Assembly (NCBI GenBank): GCA_007121385.1
Contig: SKLV01000081.1
Coordinates: 11,539 to 75,538, forward strand
Direction of reading: 5' to 3'
Length of the DNA stretch: 64,000 bases
DNA from: Bdellovibrionales bacterium
GTDB lineage: Bacteria > Bdellovibrionota > Bdellovibrionia > Bdellovibrionales > UBA1609
Shown one piece after another: positions 35,884 to 44,229 of the stretch. Under the pieces are notes generated by a model, which was not told the origin of the DNA, did no database searches, and saw only the letters and a program-made list of their open reading frames with translations. A program made the position numbers and the translations under genes. The first letter of the stretch is position 1. Each line of letters starts with the position of its first letter.

Positions 35884-36351
35884 TCACAGGAGGTTTTGGT
35901 TGGCGATCTCCCCACCGGCCCACTGCCATTGGAGTCGACGCAAAACTTGATCCCTCAGGCCAGTGATGCACATGCCTTCAGCTTGGACAAGGTGATCGCA
36001 GATCTGGGCAGCATGAGTTTGACTATCTACCCCTCCGTCTCGGCCAATCGCCTCCCTGCAGGAGTTATATAGGTTCGCCCTGGCCAGATCCAAATCAAGT
36101 CCCTGAGCCACACCGGCAGGAATAAAAGCCAAACTGGCCAGGTCGGGAGAGAGAAAGCAAGCTGTAAGAATCTCTCGATCAACATCAATAGAGCTGGCCA
36201 AGGCCTTTTCTCCAATAAAAAAACTGATTCCAACAAGAAGAGCAAGAGCCAGCCCCCCCTCGCGAACGGACGACAAAGTGAAAATATTGGTCACAAACTT
36301 TTTCCCTCCATTTTTCAGACAGTCCTGAATTTTTTTCTTAATTAGAGACAA
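35884..36351 (-). CDS. Hypothetical membrane/secreted protein with 4 Cys
   Basis: 155-aa ORF with one hydrophobic segment (GGLALALLVGISFFIG). No motif recognised. Confidence 0.4.
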   Translation of the reverse strand: MSLIKKKIQDCLKNGGKKFVTNIFTLSSVREGGLALALLVGISFFIGEKALASSIDVDREILTACFLSPDLASLAFIPAGVAQGLDLDLARANLYNSCREAIGRDGGVDSQTHAAQICDHLVQAEGMCITGLRDQVLRRLQWQWAGGEIANQNLL

Positions 36352-36448
36352 TTATCGGCTCTAGGAGCCCTTTGATCCCAAATAAAGCAAACTCCGTGCC
36401 CCGATTTCGCCATGGACAAGGGAGGAGTTTTCGATATGATTTTAAAGA

Positions 36449-39166
36449 ATGAAATCTTCCCATCCTTGGCACAGTCTTGAAGTTGATGAGGTTTTAAGTC
36501 GCCTGGACTCGGCCCCTGAGGGGCTTTCCTCTTCTCAGGCCGAAGCCCGCTTGCAGCAACATGGGCCCAACCGAATTCAAGCCAAGAGACCCAAATCGGC
36601 TGGACGCCGGCTCTTTGAGCAAGTCCATCAACCTTTAATCTATATTCTCATTGTGGCGGGCTTTATCACCATGGCCATGGAGCACTGGCTGGATGCCATA
36701 GTCATTTTAGCTGTTGTTGCCGTCAATGTGGTCATTGGCTTTGTTCAAGAGAATAAAGCTCTTAAGTCCATTCAGGCTCTAGCTCGCAGTCTGCGCTCCA
36801 CAGCTCAGGTCTATCGAGAGGGGCGCAAGATCGTGATCGATGCCGAGTCTCTTGTACCAGGGGATGTGGTGGAGTTGGCCGCTGGGGACAAGGTCCCGGC
36901 TGATGGTCGACTTTTAAAAATTCGCGACCTCAGAGTGGATGAGTCGGCTCTGACCGGGGAGTCGGTGGCAGTGGACAAGAAGGTGGACGATTTGCCCCAG
37001 GACACCCCTTTGGCGGACTGTCAGAATATGGCTTTCGCTTCCACTCTGGTGACCTATGGTTGGGGGCGTATGGTGGTGACGGCCACTGGGGAAGACACGG
37101 AAATCGGTCGTATTTCCAAACTGGTCTCCAATGCTCAAGTGATAGAGACCCCCCTTATGCTCAAGATCAAAGAGTTCAGTCATTTACTCCTCTACATCAT
37201 TGTGGGCTTTGCTAGCCTTATGTTTGCTGTGGCCCTCTTCCAGGGCCAGAGTTTTAATGAGGCCTTTATGGCGGCTGTGGCCTTAATGGTGGCAGCCATT
37301 CCCGAGGGACTCCCGGCCACCATGACCATTATGTTGGCCATCGGCGTTTCTATGATGGCCTCCCGCAAAGCCATTATTCGCAAACTTCCTGCCGTGGAGA
37401 CCTTGGGCAGCACCAATGTAATTTGTTCGGACAAGACGGGGACTCTGACCCAAAACCAGATGACGGTCTCAACAATTTGGACAGCTGCCGAGCAGGCCTT
37501 TTTCTTCTTTTCAGGAGTGGGATATCGTCCCGAGGGCGAGATAAAAGATGAGGAGGGGCAAGTTCTGGAGGACCTCAGCTCAGGAGCTTCCCTTCCATCG
37601 GGGCTTGAGGACCTTCTGCGGTGTGGGATGCTCTGTAATGACAGTCGCCTCATCCCTCCCCACAGCGATGGGGATCGATGGAGCCTTGAGGGGGACCCCA
37701 CTGAGGTGGCTCTGCGGGTCTCTGCACGCAAGACGGGAATAGACCCCCAGCAGATAGAGTCCGATTGGCCGCGCCTGGATAGTATTCCCTTTCAAAGTGA
37801 ATATCAGTACATGGCCACTCTCCATAGGGACCCCAACTCGGGTCAGATGGTGGCTTATGTGAAGGGGTCTTTTGAGGCCATGGCTCTGCGCTGCTTTGTG
37901 GAAGGCAGTGCAGAGGCTCAGGCCGCCGAGCAGGCTCTGCGTCAGCTCAGTGAAAAAGGTCTGCGGGTCTTGGCCTTTGCGCAAAAGACTTGGGATGAGG
38001 CTAAGTCTTCTCTCAGTCATGAGGACCTCCAGGGTGGGCTCAGCTTTTTGGGCCTTCAGGGAATGATTGATGCCCCCAGAGAGGAGGCAAAAAGAGCCAT
38101 TGCTCTCTGCCATCAAGCGGGAATTAATGTGAAAATGATCACTGGAGATCATGCTCTCACAGCCGCCGTGATTGCCCGAGAGTTGGGAATTCTAGATCCC
38201 AGTCAGGACTTAGAGGCATCTGTGATCACCGGATCGCAGCTGGCACAGATGGAGGATGAGGATCTCTGTCGGAGGATTTCTGAGCTGCAGGTTTTTGCTC
38301 GAGTTTCGCCCGAGCAAAAGCTGCGTCTGGTGAAAGCTCTTCAGTCCCAAAACAAGATTGTGGCTATGACCGGTGATGGAGTGAACGACGCTCCAGCCCT
38401 GCGGCAGGCCAATATAGGAATTGCTATGGGGCTGACGGGAACCGAGGTGGCAAAAGAGGCCTCGGATATGGTTTTAGCCGATGACAATTTTGGAACCATT
38501 GAAGCGGCCGTGGAAGAAGGGCGTGGGGTTTTTGATAACCTTAGAAAGTTTATCGTCTGGACCATTCCAACTAACGTGGGTGAAGCCTTTATCCTTATAT
38601 TTGCCATTCTATTGGCCTTGCCCTTGCCTCTTTTGCCGGTTCATATTTTGTGGATCAATATGAGCTGTACAATTTTTTTGGGAGTTATGCTGGCTTTTGA
38701 GCCCAAGGAGCCAGATGTGATGCAAAGACCTCCCCGCAATCCTTCTGCTCCTCTCTTTGATCTTCACCTTATGCTGCGCAGCCTCTTTGTCGGACTCTAT
38801 ATTACGGCCACCGCCTTTGCCATTTTTAAATGGGAGCTGTCTACTGGCGGCAGTGAAGCCTATGCCAGAACGGCCGTAGTCACCTCAGTAATTTTGTTGG
38901 AGGCCTTTTATCTTCTTAACTGTCGGTCTCTGTCTCGGCCTTTGCGGGAGATTGGCTACTTTAGCAATCCTTGGATTTGGGTTGGCTTTGTTCTCATGTT
39001 TGTAGCCCAGTGGATCTTTGTTTACACTCCATGGTCTCAACAGCTCTTCCAGACCGAAGCCCTGACTTTCTGGACCTGGGCTAAACTGAGTCTAGCAGGC
39101 TTTATCCTTTTTACTTTGATCAATCTTGAAAAGCGCCTTCGCTTATCTCTTGGTCTGGTCGACTGA
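36449..39166 (+). CDS. Cation-transporting P-type ATPase, type IIA (SERCA/PacL-like, likely Ca2+ or Mg2+)
   Basis: TGES, ICSDKTGTLT, MITGDH, TGDGVNDAPAL and IPEGLPA in M4. 905 aa with 10 predicted TM helices. Confidence 0.9.
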   Translation: MKSSHPWHSLEVDEVLSRLDSAPEGLSSSQAEARLQQHGPNRIQAKRPKSAGRRLFEQVHQPLIYILIVAGFITMAMEHWLDAIVILAVVAVNVVIGFVQENKALKSIQALARSLRSTAQVYREGRKIVIDAESLVPGDVVELAAGDKVPADGRLLKIRDLRVDESALTGESVAVDKKVDDLPQDTPLADCQNMAFASTLVTYGWGRMVVTATGEDTEIGRISKLVSNAQVIETPLMLKIKEFSHLLLYIIVGFASLMFAVALFQGQSFNEAFMAAVALMVAAIPEGLPATMTIMLAIGVSMMASRKAIIRKLPAVETLGSTNVICSDKTGTLTQNQMTVSTIWTAAEQAFFFFSGVGYRPEGEIKDEEGQVLEDLSSGASLPSGLEDLLRCGMLCNDSRLIPPHSDGDRWSLEGDPTEVALRVSARKTGIDPQQIESDWPRLDSIPFQSEYQYMATLHRDPNSGQMVAYVKGSFEAMALRCFVEGSAEAQAAEQALRQLSEKGLRVLAFAQKTWDEAKSSLSHEDLQGGLSFLGLQGMIDAPREEAKRAIALCHQAGINVKMITGDHALTAAVIARELGILDPSQDLEASVITGSQLAQMEDEDLCRRISELQVFARVSPEQKLRLVKALQSQNKIVAMTGDGVNDAPALRQANIGIAMGLTGTEVAKEASDMVLADDNFGTIEAAVEEGRGVFDNLRKFIVWTIPTNVGEAFILIFAILLALPLPLLPVHILWINMSCTIFLGVMLAFEPKEPDVMQRPPRNPSAPLFDLHLMLRSLFVGLYITATAFAIFKWELSTGGSEAYARTAVVTSVILLEAFYLLNCRSLSRPLREIGYFSNPWIWVGFVLMFVAQWIFVYTPWSQQLFQTEALTFWTWAKLSLAGFILFTLINLEKRLRLSLGLVD

Positions 39167-39272
39167 GGTCTTAAGACTGTCAAAGAGTCTAAGAAACCCG
39201 GCTTTTCGTCCACAATTCTCAAACCAAAGTCCAGTTTACTTCTGACAAAGGTCCAGTTTGGCTGGACGGGAC

Positions 39273-39299
39273 TAAAGTGTCACTGGACCTCGCCGAAGG
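39273..39299 (+). promoter_or_regulatory. Sigma-28 promoter of flagellin 3
   Basis: TAAAGTGT-N11-GCCGAAGG. Confidence 0.6.
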
Positions 39300-39524
39300 G
39301 TGAGATGCAAGTCGACGGGAACCACGGAGTTTGAAGGGTCGATGAGGTTTGGGCAGAGTGACTGCTGTCTAAAAAACTCGCTTGAGGTCCTGAAGGTCTT
39401 TGGTCCTGTTCCAACGTGTTCAACCCTACACCAATGATGGTGTCGCTTGGGGAGAGTCCCTAGAGGTAAAGGGCCTCCCCAAAGCGTGAGAATGGATTTT
39501 CAACAAAAACAAAGGAGGCAGACC

Positions 39525-40358
39525 ATGGGTTTGCGTATCTCTACCAATGTGGCGTCTATTAACGCCCAAAAAACTTTGGCCTCAACTCAGAGGCAGATCA
39601 ACACCAGTTTCGCCCAGTTGGCTTCGGGCAGCCGAATCACCAAGGCCGCCGATGATGCGGCCGGATTGTCGATCAGTGAAAATCTGAAGTCCACAATCCG
39701 CGGCTACCAACAGGCCCATCGTAACGCCAATGATGGAATCTCTATGGTTCAGGTGGCCGAAGGGGGGTTGGGTGAAATCAGTAACATGCTCACGCGATTA
39801 AGAGAACTTGGGGTGCAAGCCGCATCGGATACAGTGGGCAATGAAGAGCGTGGCTTTATCAATATGGAAGTTCAGCAGCTAAAAAACGAAATTCAGCGGA
39901 TTGCTCAAGCCACTCGCTATGGAAACACGAATCTCTTAGATGGAACCGGCGGTCAATTTGGCTTCCAAATTGATATTAACAATAACGATTTCAATGATCG
40001 AATCACTTTTGATGCCAGCGAGCAAGAGGCCACTTTAACTGCTTTGGGAATTCAAGACTTTGACTTTTCGCAGAAGGCCAGTGCCCGCAGTGCCCTTGAG
40101 CAGCTGGAAGTGTCGCAACGACAGGTCAATGGCTATCGGGCCAATTTGGGAGCTCTGCAAAACCGATTGCAGTCCACTTCTGAGAACCTGAGCGTGGCCA
40201 TTGAAAACTACTCAGCCGCCAACAGCCGAATCCGGGATGCAGACATTGCTGCGAGCACAGCTGAATTGGCTAAAAACAATATTCTGCTGAGTGCCTCGAC
40301 AGCCGTACTCGGGCAAGCCAATCAGGCGCCTGCACAGGCCCTGCGTCTCCTCGGGTGA
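39525..40358 (+). CDS. fliC: Flagellin paralog 3
   Basis: MGLRISTNVASINAQKTL, ADDAAGLSISENL and C-terminal QALRLLG. ATG 39525 has an AAGGAGG SD. Confidence 0.93.
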   Translation: MGLRISTNVASINAQKTLASTQRQINTSFAQLASGSRITKAADDAAGLSISENLKSTIRGYQQAHRNANDGISMVQVAEGGLGEISNMLTRLRELGVQAASDTVGNEERGFINMEVQQLKNEIQRIAQATRYGNTNLLDGTGGQFGFQIDINNNDFNDRITFDASEQEATLTALGIQDFDFSQKASARSALEQLEVSQRQVNGYRANLGALQNRLQSTSENLSVAIENYSAANSRIRDADIAASTAELAKNNILLSASTAVLGQANQAPAQALRLLG

Positions 40359-40418
40359 TTTTGAAATGAATAATGGAATTTGGGGGGTGGTCCTTTGGCC
40401 CTCCAGGTACTTACCTAC

Positions 40419-40442
40419 CCAAGGAGGGCCTTTCCTCCTTGG
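40419..40442 (+). terminator. Hairpin after flagellin 3 (terminator-like, weak T-run)
   Basis: CCAAGGAGG-gccttt-CCTCCTTGG perfect 9-bp stem. The downstream sequence is only modestly T-rich. Confidence 0.4.
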
Positions 40443-40487
40443 GGTGCTCTTTGGTCCAAAAAGCTTTTGTCCAAAGGCCAGATCGGC

Positions 40488-40515
40488 TTAAGTTTGCGGC
40501 TGGATTCGCCGATAA
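40488..40515 (+). promoter_or_regulatory. Sigma-28 promoter of flaG(-fliD-fliS)
   Basis: TTAAGTTT-N12-GCCGATAA. The -10 box ends 10 nt before ATG 40526. Confidence 0.65.
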
Positions 40516-40525
40516 AAGAGATGCT

Positions 40526-40903
40526 ATGAACATCAAGTCCATCTCCAACCTCATTCAGCCCCTGGATCCAGTTAGAGAAGTGGATCCCATACGCCAGGTG
40601 CGATCGAACCAGGAAAGCAGTGCCGACCGGGATCCCAATGGCCACCAACACCAGGACAAATCACCAGAAAAACGTCAATTGACTGACACCGAGTTCTCAG
40701 AAGCTCTTCAGCGACTGCAGGATCTACCCGGCTTTTCTGCTCATCAACTGCGTTTGCGAGTGGAAACTCGGGACCATCGTCGATGGGTGGTCATCGAGTC
40801 TGCGGATGGAAGACCAGTCCGCCGTCTCCATGAGAGTGATCTACTGTCTCTTTTGTCCAGTCAAGATCAGTCCACAGGTCAAATCTATCGAAAGGCCCTG
40901 TGA
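40526..40903 (+). CDS. flaG: FlaG-family flagellar protein
   Basis: C-terminal LRLRVETRDHRRWVVIESADGRPVRRLHESDLLSL resembles the FlaG domain. Lies between flagellin and fliD. The ORF-track start 40373 is upstream of the promoter. Confidence 0.7.
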   Translation: MNIKSISNLIQPLDPVREVDPIRQVRSNQESSADRDPNGHQHQDKSPEKRQLTDTEFSEALQRLQDLPGFSAHQLRLRVETRDHRRWVVIESADGRPVRRLHESDLLSLLSSQDQSTGQIYRKAL

Positions 40904-41004
40904 GCGGGCCTGACGGATTATTGACTCACAGCCTTAAAATTTATTTTGTAAACTGAGTCTATGACTGAGTTTCAATTTTATTTAAAAGCAGAAGGGAGAG
41001 GGCT

Positions 41005-42372
41005 GTGGCGGCCGGTATTTCCTTTGGTGGATTAAAATCAGGCTTACCTCCCAATATTGTGGAGCAGCTGATGGAGGCTGAGCGAATTCCTCTCCGCAAT
41101 ATGGAGGCGGACAAGGGGAGACATGAGTCTCGTCTGCAGCTGGTCAATGAGTTAGAGGAGTTACTGCGCAGCGTTCAGGGGCCCCTTGGAGGCTTAGCCA
41201 ATGCCCGGGGCTTTCAGGATTTTAAATTTGAGTCTGGGGACTCCAATATTGTCACAGGATCAGTGGACCCAGCTGCGGCGGTTAAGGGAAATTGGAATAT
41301 TGAGGTGTTGGAGCTGGCCCAAAACGGCTCCGCTGTCACCAACGGCTTTGCCGATCGAGATAAAACTCAGGTGGGTACAGGCTACTTTCGCTTTGACACC
41401 TCTGAAGGGCGTAAAGAAGTCTATATCAACTCCTCCAACAACACCCTAGATGGAATCGTTGGCGCTATCAACTCTGCAGGAATTGGGGTTCGCGCCAGTG
41501 TCATACAAGATGCCTCCAACCCAAAGGCCCCTTTTCGTCTCGTACTCACCTCCGAGGGAGGAGATGGGCCAGGGGGAATCAAATACCTGCGGCCTTATTT
41601 TCTTGGGGGCGATCAAGATGTTTACTTTGATCAATCCTCTCCCTCAAAAAATGGTCGAGTCAAAGTGGATGGTTTTGAGTTTGAGATCGCCGGCAATCAA
41701 GTTGATGGAGTGATTCCAGGAGTCAGTCTGACATTGAGGCAAGCAGCGCCAGGACGTCAGGTGAGTCTATCCATCACTGAAGACAAAGAAGTTGTTGTGG
41801 GTCGCATTCAGGAGTTTGTGGAGTCCATGAACAAGGTTCTAGGATTCCTGCAAACTCAAAGCCGTATTGATGCAAATACAGACACTTCTCGGACTCTTGG
41901 GGGAGACGGTTTAGTGCGAAACTTAGAGTCTCGTTTGCGCCGCTTGATTCAAGACCCTCAATATGGGGTGCAGGGCCAGATTAATCGAATGAGTCAAATT
42001 GGCGTGACATTCAACAGAAGTGGGATTCTAGAGTTTGATCAAGACCAATTCAATAGTGTTGTTATGAATCAGTCCGAAGACGTTCAGAGATTCTTAGGTG
42101 GAGATGGCTTTACCACAGGATTCATTCCCAATGTTCGCAGAGAGATTGAGAGTACCGTCAATTCAGCCCTGGGACCCATCGGGGTGCGGAAGAGGTCTTT
42201 GCAACAGAGAATTGGACAAATCGATGATCGGATTGCCAATAAAGAGAGGCAGTTAGAGAGACGAGAGCAGACTCTTCGTCGACAGTTTTCTCGATTAGAA
42301 GAGACGGTCTCTCGACTTCAGTCTCAAGGTGGTGCCTTGGCGGCTATGGGCGCAGGAGTGGGCGGTCTATGA
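41005..42372 (+). CDS. fliD: Flagellar filament cap protein FliD
   Basis: The N-terminus ISFGGLKSGLPPNIVEQLMEAERIPL and a C-terminal coiled coil (RQLERREQTLRRQFSRLEETVSRLQSQ). Confidence 0.9.
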   Translation: MAAGISFGGLKSGLPPNIVEQLMEAERIPLRNMEADKGRHESRLQLVNELEELLRSVQGPLGGLANARGFQDFKFESGDSNIVTGSVDPAAAVKGNWNIEVLELAQNGSAVTNGFADRDKTQVGTGYFRFDTSEGRKEVYINSSNNTLDGIVGAINSAGIGVRASVIQDASNPKAPFRLVLTSEGGDGPGGIKYLRPYFLGGDQDVYFDQSSPSKNGRVKVDGFEFEIAGNQVDGVIPGVSLTLRQAAPGRQVSLSITEDKEVVVGRIQEFVESMNKVLGFLQTQSRIDANTDTSRTLGGDGLVRNLESRLRRLIQDPQYGVQGQINRMSQIGVTFNRSGILEFDQDQFNSVVMNQSEDVQRFLGGDGFTTGFIPNVRREIESTVNSALGPIGVRKRSLQQRIGQIDDRIANKERQLERREQTLRRQFSRLEETVSRLQSQGGALAAMGAGVGGL

Positions 42373-42441
42373 AAATAAGAAAAAATTTAAGTGAGAACCA
42401 ATAGTGTCCGAAAATAAGACAGGTTGAAAGTTGGGAGAAGA

Positions 42442-42834
42442 ATGAAAACAGGCTACCAAAAGTACAAAGTCACCTCTGTTCAGAGTGCAAGTCGAGAAAA
42501 GCTTCTGCTTATGATGTATGAGGCTTGTATTCGCTTCGTTAAGCAGGCCATTCAGGCTATCGAGACTAACAATCGCGCAGAACGAGGCCTCAATATAGGG
42601 CGTGCCTATGATATCGTTCTTGAGCTCAACAATACTTTGGACCATCAGGTAGGTGGAGATATTGCGTCTAATCTTGAGCAACTCTACATGTTTATTACTG
42701 AACAGCTGACCCAGGCCAATGCCACTGGAGATCCTAAGCATCTTGAGAACGCTCTCAAGGTGCTGGAAATTCTACACCAAGGGTGGGTGGAAGCAGTGGC
42801 CAAGTTAAAAAAAGAAGAAAGTGTGGATCGATAA
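42442..42834 (+). CDS. fliS: Flagellin-specific chaperone FliS
   Basis: YQKYKVTSVQSASREKLLLMMYEACIRFVKQA and LEILHQGW. Confidence 0.88.
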   Translation: MKTGYQKYKVTSVQSASREKLLLMMYEACIRFVKQAIQAIETNNRAERGLNIGRAYDIVLELNNTLDHQVGGDIASNLEQLYMFITEQLTQANATGDPKHLENALKVLEILHQGWVEAVAKLKKEESVDR

Positions 42835-42847
42835 AAAAGGGGGAAGT

Positions 42848-43249
42848 ATGGAAAGTCTATTGGAGCTTTTAGAGGAAAGAAATTTTCATCTGCGAAAGTT
42901 TAAAGAGCTCAACAATAACGAAATGGATAACTTCTGCAATGGGAACTTCTCCAATTTAGAGACCTTTTATCAAACTCGAGAGGGACTCTTAGATGTGATC
43001 CGATGCATTGATGAGATGATCAATGAGGGTCAGGGGGAGGTTGAGGGCCCAGGTCCTGCGGACTCCCAAACTCGGAGCCAGGTCCAAAAAGCGCTGAATG
43101 AAAAGACCGAGCTCATTACAAATATTCTTTCCCAGGACCTGCAAATTCTCTCATTTGTTGAAAATGCAAAATCGGAGATGATTCGTGAGCTCAGTTCAGT
43201 GAAAATGGCCCGAAAAGCTGTTGGTGCCTACAAAAGTCGGGGAAGATAG
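42848..43249 (+). CDS. Hypothetical helical protein in the fliT position (possible FliT/FlgN-like chaperone)
   Basis: 133 aa, predicted helical, directly after fliS. No motif-level match, so the call is by position only. Confidence 0.4.
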   Translation: MESLLELLEERNFHLRKFKELNNNEMDNFCNGNFSNLETFYQTREGLLDVIRCIDEMINEGQGEVEGPGPADSQTRSQVQKALNEKTELITNILSQDLQILSFVENAKSEMIRELSSVKMARKAVGAYKSRGR

Positions 43250-43372
43250 CTTTAGGTTCCGAGTGTTTGGGTTCCTTTGGTCTAAGTCATGAGCCTGACG
43301 CCAATAGATGATATAGGGTCAAAGTTTCGCCAGCAGGAAGGACGGTGGCGAACAAAGTGAACTCTCAGGTGA

Positions 43373-43388
43373 TGGCATGTCCTTTGCT
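43373..43388 (+). promoter_or_regulatory. Sigma-54 promoter upstream of the TPR/GT9/kinase operon
   Basis: TGGCATgtcctTTGCT, almost identical to the flgF box (TGGCATgtcacTTGCT), 31 nt upstream of ATG 43419. Confidence 0.7.
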
Positions 43389-43418
43389 TCCTCAATTGTT
43401 ATAGAGGAGGAGAGGATC

Positions 43419-44060
43419 ATGTCTGGAGTTGAGGGCTGGGACCAAAATCTAGATCTTACAAGAGAGGCCACCGAAGTGGACGAGTTCAATCTGTGGAAGG
43501 ATCTGGGTAATCAGAGTCTAAGGCGGGGAGACTTCGAAAGAGCCGAACAGGCCTATGCCCGGGCTGAATCATTAAAGCCAGATTCCGATGTGTTAAAGGT
43601 CAATCTAGGGACTCTGGCCATTCAGCGGGGAGATGTTTCCCAAGCCGTAGATCACTTCCGTGATGCCGTTCGTATCAATCCAGAGAATGATCGTGGGTGG
43701 CTGGGTCTGGCGTTAGTTCATCGTAGTTTTGGCGACATAGATTTAGCTTGGGCCAACTTAGAGAAATCCATTGACCTTAATCCAGAATTAGAATCGGGAC
43801 TTTGGCTAGCTGTAGATTGGGCCCAAAGGGATGGTCGCTTTTCATGGACCCTTGAAAAGCTCACTGCTCATACTCAAAGATGGCAACATCAGTCTCCTTT
43901 TGGTCTTTCCTTGGTGCGTCTTCTCCTGGACTGTGGGCGAATCTATCAGGCTCAGGCTCAACTGCAGTCGGTGGTGGATCTGAGAGGACGATGCAGCTTG
44001 GCCCAAGAATTGGAGTCGGAATTGCGGTCGCTGTTAAAAGTCCAAGCGCACCGACTTTAG
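43419..44060 (+). CDS. TPR-repeat protein
   Basis: Repeats such as GDFERAEQAYARAESLKPD, GDVSQAVDHFRDAVRINPEN and GDIDLAWANLEKSIDLNPE. Start set after the sigma-54 box, with a GAGGAGGAGAGG SD. Confidence 0.75.
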   Translation: MSGVEGWDQNLDLTREATEVDEFNLWKDLGNQSLRRGDFERAEQAYARAESLKPDSDVLKVNLGTLAIQRGDVSQAVDHFRDAVRINPENDRGWLGLALVHRSFGDIDLAWANLEKSIDLNPELESGLWLAVDWAQRDGRFSWTLEKLTAHTQRWQHQSPFGLSLVRLLLDCGRIYQAQAQLQSVVDLRGRCSLAQELESELRSLLKVQAHRL

Positions 44061-44229
44061 TCTCACTTTATGGAGATCTTGCTTATGCATAAGAGTGTTC
44101 TAAAGGCTCCTTGGCTAAAGGTATGGGAGGGAGTTGAGATTGAGAGGCAGGAGCTGGAAAAAAAAGGCTTCTCAAGTGAGCTGGAGCTAGTCAGAATAAT
44201 TGAAGAGTTCATCAAGGAGCAAGTTGAGG

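Noticed and set aside
37192-38152. Long antisense ORFs inside the P-type ATPase. Similar shadow ORFs occur at 357-914 in the CPBP gene, 16619-17146 in flgG, 31597-32010 in meaB and 55514-55939 in tsaD.
   Set aside because: They lie opposite strongly motif-supported genes, have low-complexity Arg/Ser/Pro-rich translations, and lack SD sequences. These are typical shadow ORFs.
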